From: Abditibacterium sp. | GTDB lineage: Bacteria; Armatimonadota; Abditibacteriia; Abditibacteriales; Abditibacteriaceae | DNA length: 64,000 bases | Assembly: GCA_965199495.1 (NCBI GenBank) | Contig: CBDASK010000003.1 | Location: forward strand, 1,568,001-1,632,000 | Direction: 5' to 3' | Shown: positions 1 to 9,919 of the stretch, piece after piece | Numbering within the stretch: the stretch's first letter is position 1 | Layout of the letters: each line of letters begins with the position of its first letter | The notes under the pieces: generated by a model | Told to the model about the DNA's origin: nothing | Databases searched by the model: none | The model's input: only the letters and a program-made list of their open reading frames with translations | Made by a program: the position numbers and the translations under genes

Positions 1-740
1 CCAATTTGGCGCTCGATGTCTTCCGAATGCGCTTCCAGTTCCGTATCAATGGCGGGCGTGGCTGATGCGCTGAGTTGGTCTAATTCGCGGTGCAATTGGC
101 GCGCACGCGCCGTTTTTCGCACGCTGTTCAAAATCGCTTCCAGACGGTCGCACGAACTTTGGATTTCGTCCGCGACTTTTTGCAGCGCTTCGGCATTGGC
201 GCGCGTTTGTTCGAGGTTGCGTAAACCTGCGGAATGATTTTCGCCCAAAGCCTGCAATTGAGCGATTTTCTCGATCAAGGTTTCGCGCGTCGCGTTGATT
301 TTAGTCAGACGCGCCCTCACCAATTCCAATTGGCGCGCTTGACGATCATAAGCGGCGACCAACTTGACGGCTTGGGACACTGGTAAAAGTTCGTGGCTCG
401 GAGTCGCGGCTTGAATTTTGACGATTTTATCAATTAGCAAACGCGTGTCGCCCGCCAGCGGCTCGTCCTCTAAACCTTCCTTGCGGACTAATTTCCAAAA
501 CTCCATTTGCTGATTTATTTTGTGATTTTTGAATTTGAGTAAAACGGGCGAAACAATGATGGATACCAAAAAGAAAAAGAGCAAAGAAGCAGTGTAAGAT
601 TCGCCAAACACGAAAGCGAATAGCGCGAGAAAAGTGACGGCGAAGACGGCGAAACCGTTGATTCGAGCGCGCAAAAAAGAGCGCCGCCACGATTTTCGCT
701 CGACGCGCACGATAATTTGCTCCGCTTCTCGATTCGTCAT
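1..740 (-). CDS. Hypothetical membrane protein (2 TM helices + coiled coil), runs off the left edge
   Basis: Translated by hand from ATG at 740: MTNREAEQIIVRVERKSWRRSFLRARINGFAVFAVTFLALFAFVFG...SLLFFFLVSIIVSPVLL... with no stop to position 1. Absent from the ORF track, presumably because it has no stop in the window. Starts 10 bp after the ABC ATPase stop. Confidence 0.75.
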   Translation of the reverse strand, partial: MTNREAEQIIVRVERKSWRRSFLRARINGFAVFAVTFLALFAFVFGESYTASLLFFFLVSIIVSPVLLKFKNHKINQQMEFWKLVRKEGLEDEPLAGDTRLLIDKIVKIQAATPSHELLPVSQAVKLVAAYDRQARQLELVRARLTKINATRETLIEKIAQLQALGENHSAGLRNLEQTRANAEALQKVADEIQSSCDRLEAILNSVRKTARARQLHRELDQLSASATPAIDTELEAHSEDIERQI

Positions 741-749
741 TTTGGCGCG

Positions 750-1799
750 CTACTGAACCATGCCTTTGGTCACGCGCATGAACACGTCTTCCAAATCGGC
801 TTCGCGTTGCCCAAACGAAGCCACCGGCAACTGGTTCTGAATCAGCATGGCCAGTAATTGCGGCAGTTCGTCGTTGGTGCCGGTGAAACTCACCGTCAAA
901 TGATTGCCCTCGGCTTTGGCGTCTTTCACCAAAGGATGCGCGCGCACGACTTGCAAGGCGCGCGCGCCGTTGGCGTTGTCGCCGGTTAAGCGAACATCCA
1001 ATAAAATCGAGCCTTCGAGCTTTTGCACGATGTCATGCACGCGACCAGCCACGACCAACTGGCCGCGCTCCATAATTCCAACCGATGTGCAGAAATCGGC
1101 GAGTTCGGGCAGAATGTGGCTGCTCACAAAAATCGTTTTGCCCATTTGCCGCAATTCTTTTAATAGCGCGCGAAATTCGATGCGCGCGCGCGGGTCAAGT
1201 CCAGACGCCGGTTCGTCCAACAACAATAATTTCGGATCGTGAACTAAGGTTTTCGCCAGACACAAACGCTGTTTCATGCCGCGACTCAAACCTTCGACGT
1301 AAGCCTCGCGTTTTTCGGTCAGGTCGGTCAATTCCAAAACGTCGTCAATAATCGCTTTGCGTTTGTTGGCCGGAATTTTATAGGCGGCGGCGAAAAAATC
1401 GAGGTATTCCCAGACTTTCACGTCGTCGTAAACGCCGAAAAAATCGGGCATGTAACCGATGATGCGGCGCACTTCAAGCGGATGCTTCAATACGTCAATG
1501 CCGTCCACTTTGACGCTTCCCGAAGTAAATTCTAAGAGTGTCGCGAGCGCTTTAATCGTCGTGGTTTTGCCCGCGCCGTTTGGCCCGATAAAACCGAAAA
1601 CTTCTCCCGGTTCGATGGTTAAATTCAGGTCGCGCACCGCTACCAAATCGCGGTAGCGTTTGGTTAAACCTTTGATTTCGATAATCGGTGTGACGCTGGA
1701 TTTGACCGGCGCCATCGGGATTCCGGCGGGCGTGGCTGTTGTTGGGGGCGTTGTGGGCGCAACGGGCGCGGGCGCAAAAGCGGAGGGTTCGGTGGCCAT
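750..1799 (-). CDS. ABC-2 type transporter ATP-binding protein
   Basis: Walker A GPNGAGKTT, signature LSRGMKQR, Walker B LLLLDEP, H-loop SSH. Confidence 0.95.
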   Translation of the reverse strand: MATEPSAFAPAPVAPTTPPTTATPAGIPMAPVKSSVTPIIEIKGLTKRYRDLVAVRDLNLTIEPGEVFGFIGPNGAGKTTTIKALATLLEFTSGSVKVDGIDVLKHPLEVRRIIGYMPDFFGVYDDVKVWEYLDFFAAAYKIPANKRKAIIDDVLELTDLTEKREAYVEGLSRGMKQRLCLAKTLVHDPKLLLLDEPASGLDPRARIEFRALLKELRQMGKTIFVSSHILPELADFCTSVGIMERGQLVVAGRVHDIVQKLEGSILLDVRLTGDNANGARALQVVRAHPLVKDAKAEGNHLTVSFTGTNDELPQLLAMLIQNQLPVASFGQREADLEDVFMRVTKGMVQ

Positions 1800-1897
1800 A
1801 CCCTTTCTATTTTAACTTCTTTGTTTTCGCAGTGATAGCTAAATTCACTTCACACTTGACACCGTTTGCCCTTGACGCCAAATTTCGTTTCGATGAA

Positions 1898-1919
1898 AAT
1901 AGTTTCGATAGGAACCATT
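1898..1919. promoter_or_regulatory. Putative MarR operator (imperfect palindrome)
   Basis: AATAGTTTCGATAGGAACCATT, 16/22 self-complementary, in the divergent intergenic region just upstream of the marR-like gene. Confidence 0.45.
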
Positions 1920-1961
1920 TGTTTCGGCAACGGTCTTGTTTCTGAATTTTTAGCATTGCCA

Positions 1962-2564
1962 ATGGCTCACACTTCACTCACGCCCGCCGACGAGACGGAA
2001 TTAACCTCAGAATTGCCGATTTTTCGGTTCATGCGCAAGATTCGTCCTGACGCGGCATCGTTTTGTAAACCCAAAGATGCAGGTGCATTGGGGCCAGGCA
2101 TTTATTGTTCGATCATGGTGCTGAATTCGGTGATGGAGCGCGCGGGCAATCGCAAATTGGAAGAACACAATTTGACGATTCCGCAATTGCTGGCGCTGGG
2201 CGCGGTTTTACACTGTGGCGCCGACGGTCTTTCGCACGGCCAGTTGGGCCAGCGCATGATGCTTTCCAAGGCGCCCGTCACCGGTTTAGTGGACAGATTG
2301 GCGCGCGCCGGACTTGTGGAGCGCCGTCCCGATGAACACGACCGCCGCGTTTCGCGCGTGGTGATTACGCCCGATGGCGAGGCGATGTGGAAACGGGCGC
2401 ACGAAACTTTAACGTCGAGCGCCAAAAATGATATGTTGGACAGCCTGAGCGAGGAGCAGCAAAACCAATTGTTGCATCTACTCAGTCATTTGTTGAGTTC
2501 GTTTGCGTCGCAGGACGAACACGTTGCCGAGTTAGTCGAAAACGCGCGCACCAACGCCGAATAA
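1962..2564 (+). CDS. MarR family transcriptional regulator
   Basis: LTIPQLLAL...VTGLVDRLARAGLVERRPDEHDRRVSRVVITPDG winged-helix motif. ATG 1962 preferred over TTG 1866. Heads the efflux operon. Confidence 0.92.
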   Translation: MAHTSLTPADETELTSELPIFRFMRKIRPDAASFCKPKDAGALGPGIYCSIMVLNSVMERAGNRKLEEHNLTIPQLLALGAVLHCGADGLSHGQLGQRMMLSKAPVTGLVDRLARAGLVERRPDEHDRRVSRVVITPDGEAMWKRAHETLTSSAKNDMLDSLSEEQQNQLLHLLSHLLSSFASQDEHVAELVENARTNAE

Positions 2565-2599
2565 ATCTTTAATCTTACGCTCGAATCGAGCGTTTTCCC

Positions 2600-4507
2600 A
2601 TGAAAAATTTCCCCCTTCTCGCCCTTTTTGTGTCGCTGGGCGCCGGTCAAATCGCCTACGCGCAGACCCAACCCGAAACGCAATTGCCCGCCGCTGTGGC
2701 GCCCGACTCCGCCGAAGGCAATGTGCCCGCCGACATCGCGCCCGGCACGGCGCCGATTCAAGAAGGTTCGGGCACGATTGGCACCGAAGGCATCGGCGGC
2801 GTGGCTGGTGGTTCGCCGACCGAACTCGTGCCCGTCCCCGATGTCTCGGACGCCGGATTGGCCGACGAACGCAACAACGCGAGCGCCAATGCGCCCGTCT
2901 TGACGCTCGAACAGGCCGTATCTGACGCGCTCCGCAACAACCCGACGCCTCAGGCGGCGCGCGCGGCGGTCGAAGGCGCCCTCGCGCGCGCGGGCATCGC
3001 GGCCTCGGCGGGCAAAATTCAGGGCAGTCTGGGCGGTCAACTGCAATATCAAAAAGTGCTTGGCCAGCCCAATTTCGGCAACGGCGGCGGCGTTATCATC
3101 GGCGGCACGGGAACGGGGACTGGCACCGGGACGGGAACCGGCACAACGACACCGGTGACGACGACTTCGCGCAGCAGTTCGACCAACACGCGCCAACTGT
3201 CGCTCAACGTGAGCTTGCCGGTTTATACCGGTGGACGCGTGAAAAACTCGCGGCGTTCGGCGCAAGCGGCGGCGCGCGCGGCGGTTTTGAATTCGCAGCA
3301 AACCGAACAGGAATTGGCCGCGCAAACGATTTTGGCTTATCTGGGCGTTTTGCGCGGCCAAGAACTTTTGACCGTCGCCGATTCCAATCTCGACACCTCG
3401 CGCGAACGGCGCCGCGTTTCGGGCGTGCGTTTCGATGCGGGCGCCGCCGCACGTTTGGAAGTTTTGCGCGCCGATGCCGAATTGGCGGCGTCGCAGCAAA
3501 ACCGCATTCAAGCCTCAAATTCGCTGGCGCAGGCCAAAGCCGCCGTCAATATTTTGCTGGCGCGCGCGCCCGAAACACCGCTTCGCGTCGAAGCCATTAA
3601 CGATTTGTCGTTGCCTTCCATCGCTTTGCCCGCCGTCGCGCGTTTCCCGCTGGCTGAGCAAGCCACGGCGATTGCCAACGGCGGCGCGATTCCGGCTTCG
3701 GCAGATTTGCGCGCCGTCGTCGCGACCGATTTGCCTTCTCTTCAAGCGACGCAAGAAAACATCAACGCCGCGCAGTTCAACGTGGCCGCGCAAAAAGCGC
3801 AGCGCAAACCCAATATCGGTTTGTCGCTGACTGGACTTTTGCGCGATCCCGTTGGCTCCATCGGGCGCGCGATTCTGGGCGCGGGCGTTTCGGTCGCGCA
3901 AAACCTGTTCGACGGCGGACGGATTTCGTCGCAGGTGCGCGAAGCCAACGCCTCATTGGAACAGGCACGCTTGGGCCTGACGGGCCAACAGTTGCAGGTC
4001 GCCAACGCCATCGAAGGTTCGTTGCTCACGCTCGATTCGGCGCGCAAAAAGTTGGCCTCGACCGACACCGCCGTTTTGAGCGCGCAGGAAGCATTGCGCG
4101 CGGCGCAACTGGCTTTCACGGCGGGCGCGGGCACGCCGCTCGATGTGACCGACGCGCAAAACGCGTTGTTGCAGGCGCAGACCGCCGCCGTCAACGCGAG
4201 ATTTGATGTGGCGCAGGCGCAAGTTCAATTGGCCGCCGCGACCGCGATCACGGCGGGCGGCTCAGCCACCGGCAGTTCGGGTCTGGGTACCAGCGCGGGC
4301 ACGGGCCAATCGGCGACGTTCACTTCGACGAGCGCCAGCCAGAATAGCGGCGTCAACGCCGGAACGACGGTGCGCACCGGCAGCACGTTCGGCAGCAACA
4401 CGACCGGCGCTACAACGGGCATCGGCTCAACCGGCCTTGGCTCGACGGGAATTAATTCGGGGCTGGGAACGGGCGGTCTGGGCAGCACGGGTGGATTTGG
4501 CAATTAG
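2600..4507 (+). CDS. TolC family outer-membrane efflux protein
   Basis: Signal peptide, LTLEQAVSDALRNNP, SLPVYTGG, two OEP repeats (RFDAGAAARLEVLRA; AFTAGAGTPLDVTDAQ). Confidence 0.92.
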   Translation: MKNFPLLALFVSLGAGQIAYAQTQPETQLPAAVAPDSAEGNVPADIAPGTAPIQEGSGTIGTEGIGGVAGGSPTELVPVPDVSDAGLADERNNASANAPVLTLEQAVSDALRNNPTPQAARAAVEGALARAGIAASAGKIQGSLGGQLQYQKVLGQPNFGNGGGVIIGGTGTGTGTGTGTGTTTPVTTTSRSSSTNTRQLSLNVSLPVYTGGRVKNSRRSAQAAARAAVLNSQQTEQELAAQTILAYLGVLRGQELLTVADSNLDTSRERRRVSGVRFDAGAAARLEVLRADAELAASQQNRIQASNSLAQAKAAVNILLARAPETPLRVEAINDLSLPSIALPAVARFPLAEQATAIANGGAIPASADLRAVVATDLPSLQATQENINAAQFNVAAQKAQRKPNIGLSLTGLLRDPVGSIGRAILGAGVSVAQNLFDGGRISSQVREANASLEQARLGLTGQQLQVANAIEGSLLTLDSARKKLASTDTAVLSAQEALRAAQLAFTAGAGTPLDVTDAQNALLQAQTAAVNARFDVAQAQVQLAAATAITAGGSATGSSGLGTSAGTGQSATFTSTSASQNSGVNAGTTVRTGSTFGSNTTGATTGIGSTGLGSTGINSGLGTGGLGSTGGFGN

Positions 4508-4530
4508 CGCAACAATCCGAGTTTTAAATC

Positions 4531-7500
4531 ATGCAAAAGTTAGCTGAAATCTGTATTCAACGCCCGGTCTTTGCGACCGTGCTAATTCTGCTGCTCGTTG
4601 TGGTCGGCGCGGCGGGCTTCAAAAACCTGGGCGTTGACCGCTTTCCCAAAGTGGACTTTCCGACCGTCACCGTCACCACGACGCAAACCGGCGCTTCGCC
4701 CGAATCCATCGAAACCGAGGTGAGCGAACCGCTGGAAGAAGCGATTAACTCGATTTCGGGCATCGAAGATTTGCGTTCGTATTCCAACGAGGGCGTTTCC
4801 ACGGTCGCCGTCACGTTCGTTTTGTCCAAGGACGTGGACGTGGCTGCTCAGGAAGTCCGCGACAAAGTCAACCGCGCGCTGGGCCAATTGCCCAAAGACG
4901 TGGACGCGCCGATTATCCAGAAGCAGGACACGGACGCGACGCCAATCATGGGCATCGCGCTGACGGGTTCGGGCGACATTCGTGGAATTTCCGAATACGC
5001 CGACAAAACGCTGCGCCGTCGTTTGGAATCGACGCCCGGCGTCGGCAACATTGACGTTTTGGGTGGACGCGGTCGCCAGATCAATATCTATCTCGACTCG
5101 TTCAAGATGCAGTCGTTTGGCCTTACGGTCACTGACATTACCAACGCGCTGCAACAGCAGAACGCCGACATTCCTGGCGGGCGCATCGATCAGGGCGACC
5201 GCTCGCTGACGTTGCGCACCAAAGGCCGCATCGAGAATTTGCAGGGCTTCAAGGATATTCAGCTTAAAGCGGAAAATGGCGGTTCGGTCGCGCTGTCGGA
5301 TGTCGCCAACGTCGAAGATGGCATCGAAGATGTCAACACGGTTTCCGAACTCAATGGCAAGCCGACGGTTTATTTACAGATTTCCAAGCAGTCAGGCACA
5401 AACGTCGTCGAAGTGATTCAGGAAGTCAAAAATCGCCTCAAAGAGTTGCAGCCCGACATCGCGGCCAAGGGCTACGAAGTCCGCATCGTCAACGACCAGT
5501 CCGACTATATTCAGGCCGCGATTCACGCCGTGGAAGAGCATTTGATCGTCGGTTCGATTCTGGCGACTCTGGTCGTTTTGGCGTTTTTGCTCAACTGGCG
5601 CTCGACCTTTATCTCGGCGCTCGCGATTCCGGCCTCGATTATCGCGACCTTTGGTTTGATGTGGATTTTGGGTTTCACGCTCAATGTTTTGACGCTTTTG
5701 GCGCTGACGCTGAGCGTGGGTATCGTCATTGACGACGCGATTGTGGTGTTGGAAAACATCTATCGCTTCATCGAAGAGAAGGGCATGAATCCGTTTCAAG
5801 CGGCCATCGAAGGCACGCAAGAAATCGGTCTGGCGGTTTTGGCCACTTCGCTTTCTCTCATCGCCGTCTTTTTGCCGGTCGCGTTTATGAGCGGCATCGT
5901 CGGGCGTTTTATGAACTCGTTTGGCGTCACGATGAGTTGCGCGATTCTGGTTTCGCTCATCGTCGCGTTCACCCTCACGCCGACGTTATCGGCGCGAATG
6001 CTCAAGGCGCCCGATAAGAAGCGCCGCATGGACGGCGATGTCGGCAAAGATGGCGAGCGTCACGGGCACACTTCGGGATTTTTCGGTCACATTGACGCGG
6101 TTTATACCGTGATGCTCAAGTGGAGCATGAACCATCGTTGGGTGATTGGCCTGGCGTGTTTGGCGGCGATGGCGACGATGCCGTTTGTGGTTAAGCCGAT
6201 TCCCAAGAACTTCTTGCCCGACGACGACGAATCGCAGTTTCAGGTGACGGCGCGCGCGCCCGAAGGCACCTCTTTGGAAGCGACTGCGGCCATCGCTCGT
6301 AAAATCGCCACCGATATTCGCAAGCAGAAAGAAATCGAATACACCGTCATCACGATTGGCGGATCGGGCCAGAGCGCGGCGCGCAACAACGCGAGCGTGT
6401 TTGTGCGCCTCAAGCCGATTGGCGAGCGCGGCGAGACCGATGGCCACGAGCGCAGTCAGGCCGATTTGATTACCTATACGCGCAATAATATTGTGCCGAA
6501 ATTCGCGGCGGATCAACTGCGCACCACGGTTGGCCCCGCCGGTGGCATCGGCGGCGGCGGTGGCGCGCAGGGCGACGTGGCTTATACCGTTGCCGGGCCG
6601 GATTTGGACAAATTGCAGGAAGTCACGCAGAAGATGATGAGCGCCGTGCGCAAATTGCCCAAAGTCGTGGACGTGGATTCGAGTTTGATCGCGGGCAAAC
6701 CCGAACTGAACGTCGTGGTCAACAGACCTCTGGCCGCGCAGTTGGGCGTGCAGCCGCAACAGGTCGCGCAGGCACTCAACTATCTGGTCGGCGATAACGA
6801 AGTCACCAATTTCCAGCAGGGCGGCGAACAATATGAAGTTCATGTGCGCGCCGCCGAGCGTTTTCGTGACGGCGAAAACGGCATTTCGCTGCTGAGCGTG
6901 CCCGCCAGTCCCAACCTTGGGCCGGGCAACTTCCCCAAGGCGGGCGCCGCCAACTCGGTTCCGATTTCGCAGGTCACCTCGTTCAAGCGCGCGACCGGCC
7001 CGGCCACGATTCAGCGTTTGAATCGCCAGCGCGAAGTGACGATTAGCGCCAACCTGTTGCCCGGAGGTTCGGCACAGGACGTGATCGCGGGCTTAGATAA
7101 AGCGTTTGCCGCGCAGAATCTGGGGCCGGATTACAGCGCCGCACCAACGGGTCGATCGAAAGAGATGGGCAAAGCGTTCGGAGCGTTCATCACGGCATTT
7201 GGTTTGTCGATTATCTTCGTCTACCTGATTTTGGCGGCGCAGTTCGAGAGCTGGATTCACCCGGTCACGATTCTGCTTTCGCTCCCACTTACGGTTCCGT
7301 TCGCGCTGATTTCGATTTTGATTTTCGGTGGCTCGCTCAATATCTTCTCGATGCTGGGAATTCTGGTGTTGTTTGGCGTGGTGAAAAAGAACGCGATTTT
7401 GCAGATAGACCACACCAACCAATTGCGCGAACACGGCGTGCCGCGCGACGAAGCGATCATTCAGGCCAACCGCGACCGCTTGAGGCCGATTTTGATGACG

Positions 7501-7770
7501 ACGATCGCGTTCGTGGCGGGCATGTTGCCGCTCGTGATTTCGAGCGGCGTCGGTAGCGGCACCAATCGCGCTATCGGCTCGGTCATTTTCGGCGGCCAAA
7601 CGCTGTCGCTGTTGCTGACGCTGTTAGCCACGCCGGTGGCCTACTCGGTTTTCGACGACTTGTCGGGCTTTACCGCCCGCGTGCGCAATCGCGTTTTCGG
7701 CGGCGGCAAGAGCAACGCCAATCCCAAACAGGAAGCGGTGTTGCAGACATCGGCTTCGCGCGAGAAGTAA
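4531..7770 (+). CDS. RND efflux permease (AcrB/AcrD/AcrF family)
   Basis: 1079 aa; RPVFA N-terminus, GIVIDDAIVVLENI, RLRPILMTT. Confidence 0.97.
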   Translation: MQKLAEICIQRPVFATVLILLLVVVGAAGFKNLGVDRFPKVDFPTVTVTTTQTGASPESIETEVSEPLEEAINSISGIEDLRSYSNEGVSTVAVTFVLSKDVDVAAQEVRDKVNRALGQLPKDVDAPIIQKQDTDATPIMGIALTGSGDIRGISEYADKTLRRRLESTPGVGNIDVLGGRGRQINIYLDSFKMQSFGLTVTDITNALQQQNADIPGGRIDQGDRSLTLRTKGRIENLQGFKDIQLKAENGGSVALSDVANVEDGIEDVNTVSELNGKPTVYLQISKQSGTNVVEVIQEVKNRLKELQPDIAAKGYEVRIVNDQSDYIQAAIHAVEEHLIVGSILATLVVLAFLLNWRSTFISALAIPASIIATFGLMWILGFTLNVLTLLALTLSVGIVIDDAIVVLENIYRFIEEKGMNPFQAAIEGTQEIGLAVLATSLSLIAVFLPVAFMSGIVGRFMNSFGVTMSCAILVSLIVAFTLTPTLSARMLKAPDKKRRMDGDVGKDGERHGHTSGFFGHIDAVYTVMLKWSMNHRWVIGLACLAAMATMPFVVKPIPKNFLPDDDESQFQVTARAPEGTSLEATAAIARKIATDIRKQKEIEYTVITIGGSGQSAARNNASVFVRLKPIGERGETDGHERSQADLITYTRNNIVPKFAADQLRTTVGPAGGIGGGGGAQGDVAYTVAGPDLDKLQEVTQKMMSAVRKLPKVVDVDSSLIAGKPELNVVVNRPLAAQLGVQPQQVAQALNYLVGDNEVTNFQQGGEQYEVHVRAAERFRDGENGISLLSVPASPNLGPGNFPKAGAANSVPISQVTSFKRATGPATIQRLNRQREVTISANLLPGGSAQDVIAGLDKAFAAQNLGPDYSAAPTGRSKEMGKAFGAFITAFGLSIIFVYLILAAQFESWIHPVTILLSLPLTVPFALISILIFGGSLNIFSMLGILVLFGVVKKNAILQIDHTNQLREHGVPRDEAIIQANRDRLRPILMTTIAFVAGMLPLVISSGVGSGTNRAIGSVIFGGQTLSLLLTLLATPVAYSVFDDLSGFTARVRNRVFGGGKSNANPKQEAVLQTSASREK

Positions 7771-7854
7771 ATTGTTTTGCTTCGATGTGCTTTGTAGAGA
7801 CACCAACCGGGTGCCCTTAACATTTCCACCAACTCACGACCTTATCCTCAATCA

Positions 7855-9852
7855 ATGAAATCTCCCATACAAACACCGCCCGACCTTCACGAGAACGGCG
7901 AAATTCCCATCGAACCCGTCAACAACAACGGCAACCTCGCTGGCCCCTACGACGTTGACAACGAGCCGAAGAAGAAAAAATCCATCGCCATTCCCGCCAT
8001 CGTCGGCGTGGCGGCGTTGCTCGCCATCGGTCTGTTTCTCAAATCGCGTAGCGCGGGCAAAGCCGCCGCGCCCGACGCTGGCCCCAAAGGCCCACGTCTG
8101 ACGACAGTGCGCGTTATTCCGGCGACGACCGGCACCGTCGTCGAGACTTTGCCTTTGACGGGCCAGCTCAAGTCGAATCAGGACGTGAATATCAACTCGA
8201 AGATTTCGGGGCAGGTCGCGCGCGTCTACGTGAACGAAGGCCAACGCGTTGAGCGCGGTCAGTTGTTAGTTGCGCTCGATACCGGCGATTTGCAGCAGCA
8301 AGTCCAATCGGCGCGCGCTAACCTGGAAAGCGCGCAGGTCAAATTAGATCAGGCCCGCGTCGGCTTGCCCGCGCGCGTCGCCCAGATCAACAACGCGGTG
8401 CGCGAGGCCCAGACGATGGTCAACTCGGCCCAGGCGCGTTTGCAGCAGGCGCAGACCAGCCAGCCAACGACGGCGACCAACGCGCGCTCTCAGGTCGAGA
8501 GCGCCAAAGCGGCGATTGGCTCCAATCAGGCGCGCGTTAAACAGGCGCGCGATACCGCCAAACAAGTGCAGGGCCAAGTCAATTCCGGCATCGCTTCGGC
8601 ACAGGCGGCGTTGGGTCAGGCGCGCGCGCAGTTGGAGCAAGTCAAAAACGGTTCGCGCGATCAGCAAGTCGCGCAAGCTCAGGCGCAGGTCAATCAGATC
8701 GCGGCGCAGGTGAACGTGGGGCAAGCGCAGGTTGACGACGCGCAGACCAATTTGAAGCGCCAACAGGCGTTGTATCAGGGAGGAGCCACCGCTAAGGCCA
8801 ACGTGGATACGGCCCAGACCGCGCTCGAAGTCGCCAAAGCCAATCTCGAAGCGACGCGTTCGAGCCTCGAAGGCGCCCGGCAAAACCTGTCTTTGGTGCA
8901 AGCCGGTTCGCGCACTGAAGAGGTGCGTCAGGCCGAGCAAATCGTGGCGCAACGCGAGGCCGCGCTCAACACGGCGCGCGCCGATTTGAGCCGCATTCCG
9001 GCTTCGCAAGCGCAAATTAGTGACGCGTTGGGCGGTTTGGCGCAGTCGCAGGAAGCGCTGCGTCAGGCCAACGCCAATCTGTCGGCGATTCCCAATTCGC
9101 AGCAGGATGTCGTGCAGGCGCGTCAGGCTTTGAATCAGGCCAGAACCCAACTGCAAACCGCGCAATCGAACAAAGCGCAAATCCCCGTTGCCCAAGCCGA
9201 TGTGCCCGCCGCGCAATCCGCCGTTGACGCCGCGCGCTCGCAGTTGGAACAAGCGCAACTCAACTTGGGTTACGCCCAGATCAAAGCGCCGGTTGCGGGC
9301 GTCGTCAACACCAAATCCATTGACGCGGGCGAAACCGTCGCACCGGGCGCCACGCTATTGAACGTGGTTTCGACGAGTAACGTGATTTTCGAGGCGCAAG
9401 TTCCGGCCTCGCAGTTGGGCCAAATTCAGGTCGGCCAACCGGCCAAAATCACCATCGCCGCACAAAACGGCAAAACCGTTACTGGCTACGTCACCGAAGT
9501 CATCCCCGTCGCCGATGCGCGTCTGCGCCAGTTCCGCATCCGCATCAGCCTCGAAGCGCAGGACGGCCTGACGCCGGGCGCCTTTGCGCAGGGCATTTTG
9601 CAAACGCAGGTCTCGCGCAACACGTTGACAGTTCCGACCGAAGACGTGCGCACGGGCGACGGCAAACCCTACGTCTACGTCGCCGTGGCTGATGGCGACA
9701 ACGCCGTCGCCAAAAAGCGCGAAGTCAAAATCGGCGCGCAGGCCAACGGCAAAACCCAGATTCTGAGCGGTATCGCCACCGGCGACAAAGTCATCGAAGG
9801 CAATGCCCTTTACGACGACGACCAGAAAATCAAAGTCGCCAAAGACAATTAG
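7855..9852 (+). CDS. Efflux RND periplasmic adaptor (MFP/HlyD-like) with a very long coiled coil
   Basis: N-terminal TM, lipoyl halves (SGQVARVYVNEGQRVERGQLL; IKAPVAGVV), long Q/A-rich heptad region, C-terminal ILSGIATGDKV. Confidence 0.92.
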   Translation: MKSPIQTPPDLHENGEIPIEPVNNNGNLAGPYDVDNEPKKKKSIAIPAIVGVAALLAIGLFLKSRSAGKAAAPDAGPKGPRLTTVRVIPATTGTVVETLPLTGQLKSNQDVNINSKISGQVARVYVNEGQRVERGQLLVALDTGDLQQQVQSARANLESAQVKLDQARVGLPARVAQINNAVREAQTMVNSAQARLQQAQTSQPTTATNARSQVESAKAAIGSNQARVKQARDTAKQVQGQVNSGIASAQAALGQARAQLEQVKNGSRDQQVAQAQAQVNQIAAQVNVGQAQVDDAQTNLKRQQALYQGGATAKANVDTAQTALEVAKANLEATRSSLEGARQNLSLVQAGSRTEEVRQAEQIVAQREAALNTARADLSRIPASQAQISDALGGLAQSQEALRQANANLSAIPNSQQDVVQARQALNQARTQLQTAQSNKAQIPVAQADVPAAQSAVDAARSQLEQAQLNLGYAQIKAPVAGVVNTKSIDAGETVAPGATLLNVVSTSNVIFEAQVPASQLGQIQVGQPAKITIAAQNGKTVTGYVTEVIPVADARLRQFRIRISLEAQDGLTPGAFAQGILQTQVSRNTLTVPTEDVRTGDGKPYVYVAVADGDNAVAKKREVKIGAQANGKTQILSGIATGDKVIEGNALYDDDQKIKVAKDN

Positions 9853-9866
9853 ATTGGTGACAAAGT

Positions 9867-9906
9867 AAGAAGGGCCGCAGGGAAAATTTTCCCTGCGGCC
9901 CTTCTT
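9867..9906. terminator. Hairpin between convergent genes, probable terminator
   Basis: AAGAAGGGCCGCAGGGAAAATTTTCCCTGCGGCCCTTCTT palindrome. Confidence 0.7.
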
Positions 9907-9919
9907 GCAATATCTTCGT

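Noticed and set aside
430..690. 86-aa ORF from the track
   Set aside because: It is an out-of-frame overlap with the longer, more protein-like ORF starting at 740.
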